From positions 3,706,959 to 3,738,958 of the forward strand of contig NC_014034.1 in the NCBI RefSeq assembly GCF_000021865.1: 32,000 nt of DNA. The letters are read 5' to 3'. Both the position numbers and the translations under genes were made by a program. Positions 23,927 to 32,000 of this stretch are shown piece after piece. The DNA is from Rhodobacter capsulatus SB 1003 (GTDB taxonomy: Bacteria > Pseudomonadota > Alphaproteobacteria > Rhodobacterales > Rhodobacteraceae). The notes under the pieces are model-generated. The model made no database searches. It was not told the origin of the DNA and saw only the letters and a list, made by a program, of their open reading frames with translations. How positions within the stretch are numbered: position 1 is the stretch's first letter; the number at the start of each line of letters is the position of its first letter.

Positions 23927-26737
23927 ATGAAAACACTCGCTCTCTCGGACCAGATCTCGTTCCTTTCCCCGATATCCCCGGCGGAGGGGGGTGGCCCTGC
24001 ACGGGCCGCCGAAGCCCGAATCCTGCCCGAGGGCCAGGAAGCCTTCGAGACGATCCTGGCCGAATCGCCGCCGCAACCGGAGGGCTTTGCCGATCCGGTG
24101 GCCGATCCGTTGACGTCCCAGCCGGTGCCCGCGCAGGGCTTCGAAGCCGCCGCGGGGGCGCAGGATCTGGCCCGACCGACCGCCGAGGCGGCCGTCGTCG
24201 CCAGCATGCAAAGCATCTTGCAGATCCCGCCGGGCGCGGCCGAGGCCGCCAGCGTGCCGAACACCGTGCCGAACGCCGATCCCGGCCCGGCCCGCGCCAG
24301 GTCCGCCGACACGGCCGAAGCCGGAACGATCGTCGCGCCGTCTTTCCCGCATCGGCCGCACGGTCCCGCAACCGACCGGATCGCCGCAACCGACCGGAAG
24401 GCCGCGGCCGATTCGGCGCAGCCCGCCGCGGTCGCTGCCGCAAAAGACAGCCCGGCCAGCCCTGCGGGAGGGGCGGACCCCACCCCCGCCCCGGGGGAAG
24501 AGACGCGTCCGGCAGCAGAGGGCGCAGATACCGCCGCGACGCCCGTGCCGACCGGCGACAGCTCGGCGCTCAGGCTCTCGGCCGAGACCGAATCGCGCAC
24601 GAGAGCGGCGCAGGCTTTTGCCACCATGGCCTCGATCGGCGCCGCGCCGCCGCCTGCCGGTCCGACAGCACAGGTGACCCGGACCGACACCACGCAGGTC
24701 GCCGCTCCGGTCAGGACCGCCCCGACCCAGCAGGCGATCCCGGTCGCGGGCATGACACCCGCAAACACGGTCAAGAACGTCCAGACCCCGCAGCCGATCC
24801 CGACCGCGGGCACGACGCCCGCGAACTCGGCCCAGAACGTCCAGACCCCGCAGCCAATCCCGACCGTGGGCGCTGCGCCCGCAAACACGGTCAAGAACGT
24901 CCAGACACCGCAGCCGATCCCGGCCGCGGTCACGACGCCTGCGAACACGGTCAAGAACGTCCAGACCCCGCAGCCGATCCCGGCCGCGGTCACGACGCCC
25001 GCGAACACGGTCCAGAACGTCCAGACCCCGCAGCCGATCCCGGCCGCGGTCACGCCGCCCGCAAACACGGTCCAGAGCGTCCAGACCCCGCAGCCGATCC
25101 CGGCCGCGGTCACGACGCCTGCGAACACGGTCAAGAACGCCCAGACCCCGCAACCGATCCCGGCCGCGGTCACGCCGCCCGCCGAAACGGCCCAGAACGT
25201 CCAGACACCGCAGCCGATCCCGGTCACGGTCACACCGCCCGCCAACGCGGCCGAGGGGGACCTGCCGCAGCCGACGCTTCGGGCGGCCGCCGAAAGTCCG
25301 CCCCTGGCCGCGCCGCAGACGGCGGCGGGCGACGCCCCCCAAGATCCGCGGACCGAGGCTCCCCTTCCCGCCGCGACAGCCCCCCGCCCGACCGAGGTTG
25401 CCACCGACGAACCCGAGGCGACGCGGCAAGAGTCGGCGCAATCTGATCGACCCGCAAAGATCCTTCCCGGTGCAGACGAGCCGCCTGCCCCGTCCGCTGC
25501 CACGGCGACACCGCCTCAAATGCCAGTCACTCCGGGCGCCCGGGCCACACAGCGACCGGAACTGACCGGCGTCGCAGCGGCGCAACAGCTTGCCACCGCC
25601 CCGATCGCGCCGCGGCAGAAGGCCGAGGCCGGGCAAGGCGGTCAGCCCAAGACACGCCCTGTCACCGAGATGTCCGGGCCCGGCGCCGGGCAGATCGCCG
25701 AACAGGTCAAGGACAAGACCCAGCCCGCACAGGCGGTCGCGCCCAATCCGCAACTCGGCACGGTCACGGTGCAAACGGTCGCCGCAGCGGAGATGCGGGC
25801 CCCTGCCGCGGCACGGCCCGCCGCCGAGACGGCCGCTGCAGTGGCCGCCGCAACGGCCAGCGTCCCGGCAACGAAAGCCTCGCTCGCCGAATCGCGGGTC
25901 AAGGCGGCGCTGGCAACCATGCCGACCGAGACCGAGGCCGACAGCGCGCCGGTCGCGGCAGGCACGCCGACGCCCGCCGCGGACAAGCCCGCCCCCGCGG
26001 CGCCGCTCGTGACCGCCGCAGCGCCGGTGGCCCCGCAACCGGCCCCCGGCCCGGTCGAGGCCCCGCCGCCGCGCGAAGCGCGCCTGCGCGAGACCCCGGA
26101 GGCGACCCCGATTCGCGACCGCGCGGCTTCCGCGGCGCAGGCCTCTGTCACGGAGATGGCCGTCAAGGCGACGGATACCGCCGCGGCCCCGGCCCCCGCC
26201 ACGCCGGAGAGTTCCGTGCAGACGACCGCTTCCGGCGCGCCGATGTCCTTCTCTTCTCCTCTGGCAACCGAACGGGCGGGGTCTCTGACCGGCGGCAGCG
26301 AGGCGGCGGCGGCACATCGGGCCGCCAGCCCGCATGCGATCGCCCATCAGATGTCACAGGCCCTGGCCGATGCCGGAAACCGGACCGTCGAACTGACCCT
26401 GTCCCCCGAGGAACTCGGCAAGGTGCGGATGACCCTGACCAGCTCCGATGGCGCGATCACCGTCGCCGTGCAGGCCGAGCGTCCCGAAACCCTGGACCTG
26501 ATGCGCCGCAACATCGACAGCCTGGCCCGCGATTTCCGCGACATGGGCTACTCGAACATCGGCTTCGATTTCGGCCAGCAGACCGATCAGCGCCCCTCGG
26601 CGCAGGAACGCGCCGCCGAATCGGCGCTGCCTTCCTCCCCGCCGGAGCGTGACGGCATCCCCCGCTTCGAGACCTTCCCCACCCCCCTGCAAGCCGCGTC
26701 CGGCACCGCTTCGGGCGGACTTGACCTGCGAATCTGA
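23927..26737 (+). CDS. fliK: Flagellar hook-length control protein FliK (very long, repeat-containing)
   Basis: ATG 23927 is preceded by GTGAGG and gives 936 aa. The C-terminus, ...VELTLSPEELGKVRMTLTSSDGAITVAVQAERPETLDLMRRNIDSLARDFRDMGYSNIGFDF, is a Flg_hook (FliK C-terminal) domain. The rest is Ala/Pro/Thr-rich and disordered. flgD follows directly. Confidence 0.85.
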   Translation: MKTLALSDQISFLSPISPAEGGGPARAAEARILPEGQEAFETILAESPPQPEGFADPVADPLTSQPVPAQGFEAAAGAQDLARPTAEAAVVASMQSILQIPPGAAEAASVPNTVPNADPGPARARSADTAEAGTIVAPSFPHRPHGPATDRIAATDRKAAADSAQPAAVAAAKDSPASPAGGADPTPAPGEETRPAAEGADTAATPVPTGDSSALRLSAETESRTRAAQAFATMASIGAAPPPAGPTAQVTRTDTTQVAAPVRTAPTQQAIPVAGMTPANTVKNVQTPQPIPTAGTTPANSAQNVQTPQPIPTVGAAPANTVKNVQTPQPIPAAVTTPANTVKNVQTPQPIPAAVTTPANTVQNVQTPQPIPAAVTPPANTVQSVQTPQPIPAAVTTPANTVKNAQTPQPIPAAVTPPAETAQNVQTPQPIPVTVTPPANAAEGDLPQPTLRAAAESPPLAAPQTAAGDAPQDPRTEAPLPAATAPRPTEVATDEPEATRQESAQSDRPAKILPGADEPPAPSAATATPPQMPVTPGARATQRPELTGVAAAQQLATAPIAPRQKAEAGQGGQPKTRPVTEMSGPGAGQIAEQVKDKTQPAQAVAPNPQLGTVTVQTVAAAEMRAPAAARPAAETAAAVAAATASVPATKASLAESRVKAALATMPTETEADSAPVAAGTPTPAADKPAPAAPLVTAAAPVAPQPAPGPVEAPPPREARLRETPEATPIRDRAASAAQASVTEMAVKATDTAAAPAPATPESSVQTTASGAPMSFSSPLATERAGSLTGGSEAAAAHRAASPHAIAHQMSQALADAGNRTVELTLSPEELGKVRMTLTSSDGAITVAVQAERPETLDLMRRNIDSLARDFRDMGYSNIGFDFGQQTDQRPSAQERAAESALPSSPPERDGIPRFETFPTPLQAASGTASGGLDLRI
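24721..25260 (+). repeat. About 9 tandem copies of a 60-bp unit inside fliK (20-aa module VQTPQPIPAAVTTPANTVKN)
   Basis: Exact 60-nt periodicity: the units starting at 24781, 24841, 24901, 24961, 25021, 25081, 25141 and 25201 all begin CCAGAC(A/C)CCGCA(A/G)CC(G/A)ATCCCG. The flanking units at 24721 and the end of 25201 are more diverged. Confidence 0.95.
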
Positions 26738-26748
26738 AAGAGAGCCCC

Positions 26749-27426
26749 ATGACCACCGTTTCCAACACGAACACGTCGTCAAACACGAGCAGCTCGAGCA
26801 GCTCGCGCACGTCTTCCTCGACCGCGACCAGCGTCAGCTCCGATTACCAGATGTTCCTGAAACTGCTGACGACGCAGATGACGAACCAGGATCCGACCAG
26901 CCCGATGGACAGTGCCGATTACGCGGTGCAGCTGGCGACGTTCTCGCAGGTGGAACAGCAGGTGAAGACGAACACCCTGCTGACCAGCCTCGCCACGCAG
27001 ATGGGCGTGATGGGGATGAGCGAATATGCCAACTGGGTGGGCATGGAGGCCCGTTCGGAATCGCCGGGCTATTTCGACGGCACCAATCCGGTGACGATCT
27101 CGCCGAACCCGGTCAAGGGCGCCGATGCCACCACCGTGGTGGTCAGCGATGCCGCGGGCAACGAAGTGTCGCGTTACACCATTCCGGTCTCGAGCGATTC
27201 GCTCGAATGGAACGGGACCGACGCCGATGGCAACGCGCTTCCGGCCGGAAGCTACACGTTCGAGCTGGAAAGCTATGACGACGGCAAGCTGCTGTCGACG
27301 GACCCGATCGAGACTTACAACCGGGTCGTCGAAGCCCAGGGCACCAGTGACGGGGCCGTTCTGGTTCTGGCCGGGGGCGCGACGGTCTCGACCGGGTCGA
27401 TCTCGGCGCTGCGCGAGCCTGACTGA
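26749..27426 (+). CDS. flgD: Flagellar hook assembly (capping/scaffold) protein FlgD
   Basis: 225 aa with a Ser/Thr-rich N-terminus followed by DYQMFLKLLTTQMTNQDPTSPMD (FlgD signature) and a FlgD Ig-like C-terminus (WNGTDADGNALPAGSYTFELE). Confidence 0.92.
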   Translation: MTTVSNTNTSSNTSSSSSSRTSSSTATSVSSDYQMFLKLLTTQMTNQDPTSPMDSADYAVQLATFSQVEQQVKTNTLLTSLATQMGVMGMSEYANWVGMEARSESPGYFDGTNPVTISPNPVKGADATTVVVSDAAGNEVSRYTIPVSSDSLEWNGTDADGNALPAGSYTFELESYDDGKLLSTDPIETYNRVVEAQGTSDGAVLVLAGGATVSTGSISALREPD

Positions 27427-28950
27427 TCAGATCAGCAGGCCCAGCGCCACACCGGCCGCCAGGATCAGCACCGCGCTGACCGCCCCCAAAGCCTGAGCCG
27501 TTTTCGGCTCGGGCTTTTCTTCGGGCTGCACCTGACGTTCCAGCGCCTTTTGCATCAGCTCGGGCAGTTGCGGCCCGAACCGGCCCAGCACCCGCGCCGT
27601 GCGGGTCAGATCGCGCAGGATGCCGCGCGGCCCGACATTCTCGCGGATGTAGCTTTCCACGACCGGCTTTGCGGTCTCCCACATGTTGATCCCGGGGTTG
27701 AGCGAGCGTGCCACCCCCTCGACCACCACCATCGTGCGCTGCAGCAAGATCAGCTCGGTCCGCGTCGCCATGCCGAACCGTTCCGTCACCTCGAAGAGAT
27801 AGGCCAGCAGCCGCGCCATCGAGATCTGCTTGGCGTTCATCCCGAAGATCGGCTCACCCACCGCCCGCAGGGCAAGGGCGAATTGCACCACATCCTGATC
27901 GGGCGGAATGTAGCCCGCCTCGAAATGCACTTCGGCAACGCGGCGGTAATCGCGATGGATGAAGCCCATCAGGATTTCCGCGTAAACATGCCGGGTGTAT
28001 TGGTCGATCTGGCCCATGATGCCGAAATCGAAGGCGATGATGTCGCCGTTTTCCGCCACCTTCAGGTTGCCCTGATGCATGTCGCCGTGGAAATAGCCGT
28101 CCCGCAGCGCATGGGACAGGAAGAGCTGCAACACCCGCGTGCCGATCGCGGTCACGTCATGGCCCGCGGCCTTCAGCGCCTCGGGGTCGCCCATCGGCAG
28201 CCCCTCGGCCCAGTCGATCACCATCACCCGACGGCTCGACAGCTGCCAGACCGGCAAGGGCACGCGGAAGCCCGCATCCTTTTCCGTATTGGCCGCGAAT
28301 TGCGAGGCCGCGGCGGCTTCCAGCCGCAGGTCAAGCTCCCCGGCCACCAGATCTTCGAAATGCTTGATCACATCCGAAGGCCGCAGCCGCCGCGAAGCGG
28401 GCGAGAGCCGCTCGATCATGTCGGCGGCGAAATGGAAGGCGTCGATGTCGCGCTTGAAGGCCTTTTCGATGCCCGGCCGCAGCACCTTGACCGCGACCGT
28501 CTCGCCGGTCTCAATCAGCCGCGCCGAATGCACCTGCGCGATCGAGGCCGCCGCGACAGGTTCGGAAAACTCGGAGAAAATTTCCTCGACCGGACGGCCG
28601 TATTCCTCGGCCAGGGTCGCCTTGGCCAGAGCAATGTCAAAGGGCGGCAGACGGTCCTGCAGCACCCGCAGCTGGTTGGCCAGCTCCTCGCCCACCACAT
28701 CGGGCCGGGTCGAAAGCACCTGACCCAGCTTGATATAGGCCGGGCCCAGCGCGGTGATCGCCCGCGTCACCGGCGGCAGCGCGGGATCGCCCGCATAGCC
28801 CAGCCATTTGAACGGCCAGCCCATGATGCGTGCGACAAGGCGCAGCCGCGGCGGCGCCTCCATCGCTTCCAGCGCCACGCGCATGGCGCCGGTCCGCTCG
28901 AAGGTTGCCCCCGTGCGGATCAGCCGCCACAGATTGTGCGGGCCGCGCAT
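27427..28950 (-). CDS. ubiB: Ubiquinone biosynthesis regulatory kinase-like protein UbiB (ABC1/AarF family)
   Basis: 507 aa with ...[18 protein letters not shown]..., [13 protein letters not shown] and HGDMHQGNL, plus C-terminal TM segments. Confidence 0.92.
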   Translation of the reverse strand: MRGPHNLWRLIRTGATFERTGAMRVALEAMEAPPRLRLVARIMGWPFKWLGYAGDPALPPVTRAITALGPAYIKLGQVLSTRPDVVGEELANQLRVLQDRLPPFDIALAKATLAEEYGRPVEEIFSEFSEPVAAASIAQVHSARLIETGETVAVKVLRPGIEKAFKRDIDAFHFAADMIERLSPASRRLRPSDVIKHFEDLVAGELDLRLEAAAASQFAANTEKDAGFRVPLPVWQLSSRRVMVIDWAEGLPMGDPEALKAAGHDVTAIGTRVLQLFLSHALRDGYFHGDMHQGNLKVAENGDIIAFDFGIMGQIDQYTRHVYAEILMGFIHRDYRRVAEVHFEAGYIPPDQDVVQFALALRAVGEPIFGMNAKQISMARLLAYLFEVTERFGMATRTELILLQRTMVVVEGVARSLNPGINMWETAKPVVESYIRENVGPRGILRDLTRTARVLGRFGPQLPELMQKALERQVQPEEKPEPKTAQALGAVSAVLILAAGVALGLLI

Positions 28951-28951
28951 A

Positions 28952-29704
28952 TTACACCTTCCAGCCCGAGTGCAGCGCCGCGATGCCCATGGAAAGATTG
29001 CGATATTTGACCTGGCTGAAACCGGCTTCGCGGATCATCGAGGCGAAGAGCTCCTGGTTCGGGAACTTGCGGATCGACTCGACCAGATATTGATAGCTGT
29101 CGCGGTCATTCGCCACGACCTGCCCCATCACCGGGATCACGTTGAAGGAATAGGCGTCGTAAACGGCCTGCATCAGATCGTTCGGGATCTGGCTGAATTC
29201 GAGCACCATCAGCCGCCCGCCCGGTTTCAGCACCCGGTAGGCTTCCTTCAGCGCATCGGGAATGCGGGTGACGTTGCGGATCCCGAAGGAGATCGTGTAA
29301 ACGTCGAAGCTGTTGGATTCAAAGGGCAAATCCATCGCATCGCCAACAACCCAGTTCAGCCGCGAAGCCATGTTCTCGGCATCGGCGCGTTTTTGCCCCT
29401 CGATCAGCATCGATTCCGTCATGTCGCAGACGGTCGCGGTCGAGCCCTTGGCACGTTTCAGGAACCGAAACGCGATGTCGCCGGTGCCCCCCGCCACATC
29501 GAGCAGCTTCTGCTCGGGGCGCGGCGCCAGCCAGTCCATCATCGCATTCTTCCAGATCCGATGGATGCCCATGCTCATCAGATCGTTCATGATGTCGTAT
29601 TTCGAGGCCACCCGCGAAAAGACGCCATGGACCATGCCGGCCTTGGCCTCTTCGTTCACCGTCTGGAACCCGAAATGAGTCGTCTTGGTCTGATCCGTGC
29701 TCAT
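28952..29704 (-). CDS. ubiE: Ubiquinone/menaquinone biosynthesis C-methyltransferase UbiE
   Basis: ATG 29704 gives 250 aa: THFGFQTV..., [25 protein letters not shown], and SAM motif [11 protein letters not shown]. The 824-aa ORF extension upstream is antisense junk. Confidence 0.93.
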   Translation of the reverse strand: MSTDQTKTTHFGFQTVNEEAKAGMVHGVFSRVASKYDIMNDLMSMGIHRIWKNAMMDWLAPRPEQKLLDVAGGTGDIAFRFLKRAKGSTATVCDMTESMLIEGQKRADAENMASRLNWVVGDAMDLPFESNSFDVYTISFGIRNVTRIPDALKEAYRVLKPGGRLMVLEFSQIPNDLMQAVYDAYSFNVIPVMGQVVANDRDSYQYLVESIRKFPNQELFASMIREAGFSQVKYRNLSMGIAALHSGWKV

Positions 29705-29779
29705 CTGCCCTTGCCGATCTTGAACTGTCCCCCTCCTTATAGGGTCGGTTTCAGCCATGACAATGCGACAGGAGCGAAA

Positions 29780-30625
29780 ATGCCCGAACTGCCCGAGGTC
29801 GAGACGGTCCGACGCGGCCTGGCCCCCGCGATGGAGGGGCGGGTGATCGACCGGGCCGAGGTGAACCGCCCCGATCTGCGCTGGCCCCTGCCCGAAGCCA
29901 TGGCCGAGCGGCTGACCGGGGCGCGGGTGGACCGGCTGCGGCGGCGCTCGAAATACATCCTGGCCGATCTGTCGACCGGGGAAAGCCTGCTCATTCATCT
30001 GGGCATGTCGGGGCGGATGCTGGTGTCCGGCGTGATGCTGGGCGATTTTCACCTGGATCATCCGGCGGCGCAAAAGCATGACCACGTGGTCTTGCACATG
30101 GAGGGGGGCGCCCGGGTCACCTTCAACGATGCGCGGCGGTTCGGGGCGATGGATCTTGTGCGCACCGACCGCGAGGCGGCGCATTGGCTTTTGGCCGGTC
30201 TTGGCCCCGAGCCTTTCGGCAATGACTTCAACGAGGCTTACCTGATCGACGCGCTGAAATCCCGCAAGAGCCCGATCAAGACCGCGCTTCTGGATCAGCA
30301 TGTCGTCGCCGGGCTTGGCAATATCTATGTGTCGGAGGTGCTGTTCCGGGCGGGCATCGATCCGCGCCGGGCGGCAAACCGGATTGCGGCGGCGCGGCTG
30401 GCGGGGCTCGTGCCGCTCATCCGCGAGGTTCTGGCCGAGGCGATCGAAGCGGGCGGATCCTCCCTGCGCGATCATCGGCAGGCGGATGGGGAGCTTGGCT
30501 ATTTCCAGCACAGCTTCCGCGTCTATGACCGCGAGGACGACCCCTGCCCCGCCTGCGCCACGCCGATCAAACGCATCGTGCAATCGGGACGGTCGAGTTA
30601 TTTCTGCCCCGCCTGCCAGAAGTGA
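29780..30625 (+). CDS. mutM: Formamidopyrimidine-DNA glycosylase (Fpg/MutM)
   Basis: ATG 29780 (GGAG upstream) gives 281 aa. Has catalytic N-terminus MPELPEVE, an H2TH region ([14 protein letters not shown]) and a C-terminal zinc finger CPAC...CPAC. Confidence 0.95.
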   Translation: MPELPEVETVRRGLAPAMEGRVIDRAEVNRPDLRWPLPEAMAERLTGARVDRLRRRSKYILADLSTGESLLIHLGMSGRMLVSGVMLGDFHLDHPAAQKHDHVVLHMEGGARVTFNDARRFGAMDLVRTDREAAHWLLAGLGPEPFGNDFNEAYLIDALKSRKSPIKTALLDQHVVAGLGNIYVSEVLFRAGIDPRRAANRIAAARLAGLVPLIREVLAEAIEAGGSSLRDHRQADGELGYFQHSFRVYDREDDPCPACATPIKRIVQSGRSSYFCPACQK

Positions 30626-30706
30626 CGCAGCGGCACTTCCGCGACGGCCGGTTGAGTTTCGGCCGCCGACTGATACCTCTGACCCATCACCAGCAAAGGG
30701 AATCCC

Positions 30707-31483
30707 ATGTCTTACCAGACCCTGATCGTGGAGATCGCCGACGGCGTGGCGCTGATCCGGCTGAACCGGCCCGAAGCGCTGAACGCACTGAATTCCCAAC
30801 TTCTCGGCGAACTGGCCGCGGCGCTGAGCACGCTGGACGCCGATCCGGCGGTGCGCTGCTTCGTGCTGACGGGCTCGGACAAGGCCTTTGCCGCGGGCGC
30901 CGACATCAAGGAAATGGCCGACAAGAGCTTTGTCGACATGCTCAAGCTGGATTTCTTCGGCACCGAGGGCGATGCGATCCTGCGCACGCGCAAACCGGTC
31001 ATCGCGGCGGTGGCGGGCTATGCCTTGGGCGGCGGCTGCGAACTCGCCATGATGTGCGACTTCATTCTTTGCGCCGAGAATGCGAAATTCGGCCAGCCCG
31101 AGATCAATCTGGGCGTCGTCGCGGGCATCGGCGGCACGCAAAGGCTGACCCGTTTCGTCGGCAAGTCGAAGTCGATGGAAATGCATCTCACCGGCCGTTT
31201 CATGGACGCGGCCGAGGCGGAACGCTCGGGTCTTGTCAGCCGCGTGCTGCCGCTGGCCGATCTGCTGCCCGAGGCGCTGGCCACCGCGCGCAAGATCGCG
31301 GAGAAATCGGCGATTGCCACGATGGTGGCCAAGGATTGCGTCAACCGCGCCTATGAAACCACGCTGCGCGAAGGCGTGCTTTATGAACGCCGGGTGTTTC
31401 ATGCGCTTTTCGCGACCGAGGATCAAAAGGAAGGCATGGCCGCCTTTGCCGAGAAGCGCCCGGCGAAATTCGCCGACAAATAA
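30707..31483 (+). CDS. Enoyl-CoA hydratase (crotonase family)
   Basis: 258 aa with [20 protein letters not shown] and [15 protein letters not shown], the oxyanion-hole and catalytic motifs. Confidence 0.9.
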   Translation: MSYQTLIVEIADGVALIRLNRPEALNALNSQLLGELAAALSTLDADPAVRCFVLTGSDKAFAAGADIKEMADKSFVDMLKLDFFGTEGDAILRTRKPVIAAVAGYALGGGCELAMMCDFILCAENAKFGQPEINLGVVAGIGGTQRLTRFVGKSKSMEMHLTGRFMDAAEAERSGLVSRVLPLADLLPEALATARKIAEKSAIATMVAKDCVNRAYETTLREGVLYERRVFHALFATEDQKEGMAAFAEKRPAKFADK

Positions 31484-31488
31484 GGCCG

Positions 31489-31515
31489 AAAGGGGCTTTT
31501 CTTCACGCCCCTTTT
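31489..31515 (+). terminator. Rho-independent terminator after the enoyl-CoA hydratase gene
   Basis: AAAGGGGC-ttttcttcac-GCCCCTTT stem, with a T-run continuing to 31515. Confidence 0.7.
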
Positions 31516-31632
31516 GCCCTAAGGACCGCCGTTACATGCGCGTGAAGCCCGCTCAGGCTAGAATCATCCGGTTCGCTGGGACAACCGGGCTTTGCGCTAT
31601 ATATATTCGCTTCAGCCCGGGAATAGGGAAAC

Positions 31633-31899
31633 ATGGCCAACACGCCCCAGTCCAAGAAACGCGCTCGTCAGAACGAGCGTCGCAACGACATCAACAAAGC
31701 CCGCCGGTCGCGCATCCGCACCTTCCTGCGCAAGGTCGAAGAAGCGATCGCCTCGGGCGACGCCGGTGTGGCCAAGGCCGCCCTTGAAGCCGCGCAACCC
31801 GAACTGGCGCGCGGCATCACCAAAGGCGTGCTGCACAAGAACACCGTGGCCCGCAAGATGTCGCGTCTTTCGTCGCGCGTGAAGGCCCTGTCGAACTGA
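31633..31899 (+). CDS. rpsT: 30S ribosomal protein S20
   Basis: 88 aa, [39 protein letters not shown].... An AT-rich TATATATATT tract at 31598-31607 upstream is a likely -10 region. Confidence 0.95.
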   Translation: MANTPQSKKRARQNERRNDINKARRSRIRTFLRKVEEAIASGDAGVAKAALEAAQPELARGITKGVLHKNTVARKMSRLSSRVKALSN

Positions 31900-31927
31900 T
31901 TTTCCGATCCCGGAAATTAATCTTCGT

Positions 31928-31958
31928 AAACGGCGTCCCAATCTTGGGGCGCCGTTTT
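31928..31958 (+). terminator. rpsT Rho-independent terminator
   Basis: 12-bp stem AAACGGCGTCCC-aatctt-GGGGCGCCGTTT (one G.U pair), followed by T-A-TTTCTTTC. Confidence 0.8.
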
Positions 31959-32000
31959 ATTTCTTTCATTTCAATGCCTTGGCAATAGAATTACCCCCCG

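Noticed and set aside
24721-25260. A regular 60-bp periodic array could superficially suggest a CRISPR-like array
   Set aside because: There are no unique spacers, because the whole 60-bp unit repeats. The array lies in frame inside a CDS, and no cas genes are nearby.
23752-26347. Minus-strand ORFs of 583 and 849 aa antisense to fliK, one with striking GIGCGVWTFWTVFAGVVTAA repeats that look like TM segments
   Set aside because: The periodicity is just the reverse-complement reading of the 60-bp fliK repeats. There is no SD or start context and no domains. The + frame has an SD, a FliK C-terminal domain and the canonical fliK-flgD order.
29705-31426. Upstream extension of the ubiE ORF to 824 aa (28952..31426, minus strand)
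   Set aside because: Only the last 250 aa, from ATG 29704, look like UbiE. The extension is antisense to mutM and the enoyl-CoA hydratase gene and is compositionally junk.

Overview
GC-rich (by eye about two-thirds G+C), densely coding chromosomal segment. Gene content and synteny suggest a Rhodobacteraceae-type alphaproteobacterium, which is an inference. I call 38 CDS and 1 tRNA. Left to right: a ribokinase 3' fragment; a minus-strand pstS-pstC-pstA-pstB-phoU-phoB phosphate operon with a clear Pho box; a CbiX-like chelatase; a 283-bp structured non-coding gap; a translationally coupled tsaD-gpsA-yciI-EVE operon; hemD, an alphaproteobacterial Mic60 (mitofilin) homologue and a HemY_N/TPR protein; tRNA-Thr(CGU). 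Next comes a ~13.4-kb alpha-type flagellar locus: flgB-flgC-fliE-fliQ-flgF-flgG-flgA-flgH-fliL, divergent fliI, flaF-flbT-DUF1217, flagellin, flgN-like, rod-binding flgJ-like, a very long repeat-containing fliK, and flgD. The window ends with ubiB-ubiE, mutM, an enoyl-CoA hydratase and rpsT. I found no transposases, integrases, CRISPR arrays, toxin-antitoxin pairs or recognisable defence genes, and no convincing wholly new multi-gene system. The most interesting items are (1) nine in-register 60-bp tandem repeats inside the FliK hook-length ruler, (2) the structured intergenic region 7362-7644 with overlapping convergent terminator-like hairpins (candidate sRNA or antisense pair), (3) the hemD / alphaMic60 / HemY_N synteny, and (4) the EVE domain gene coupled to the t6A enzyme gene tsaD. 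The many long ORFs antisense to real genes are typical high-GC artefacts and were rejected.
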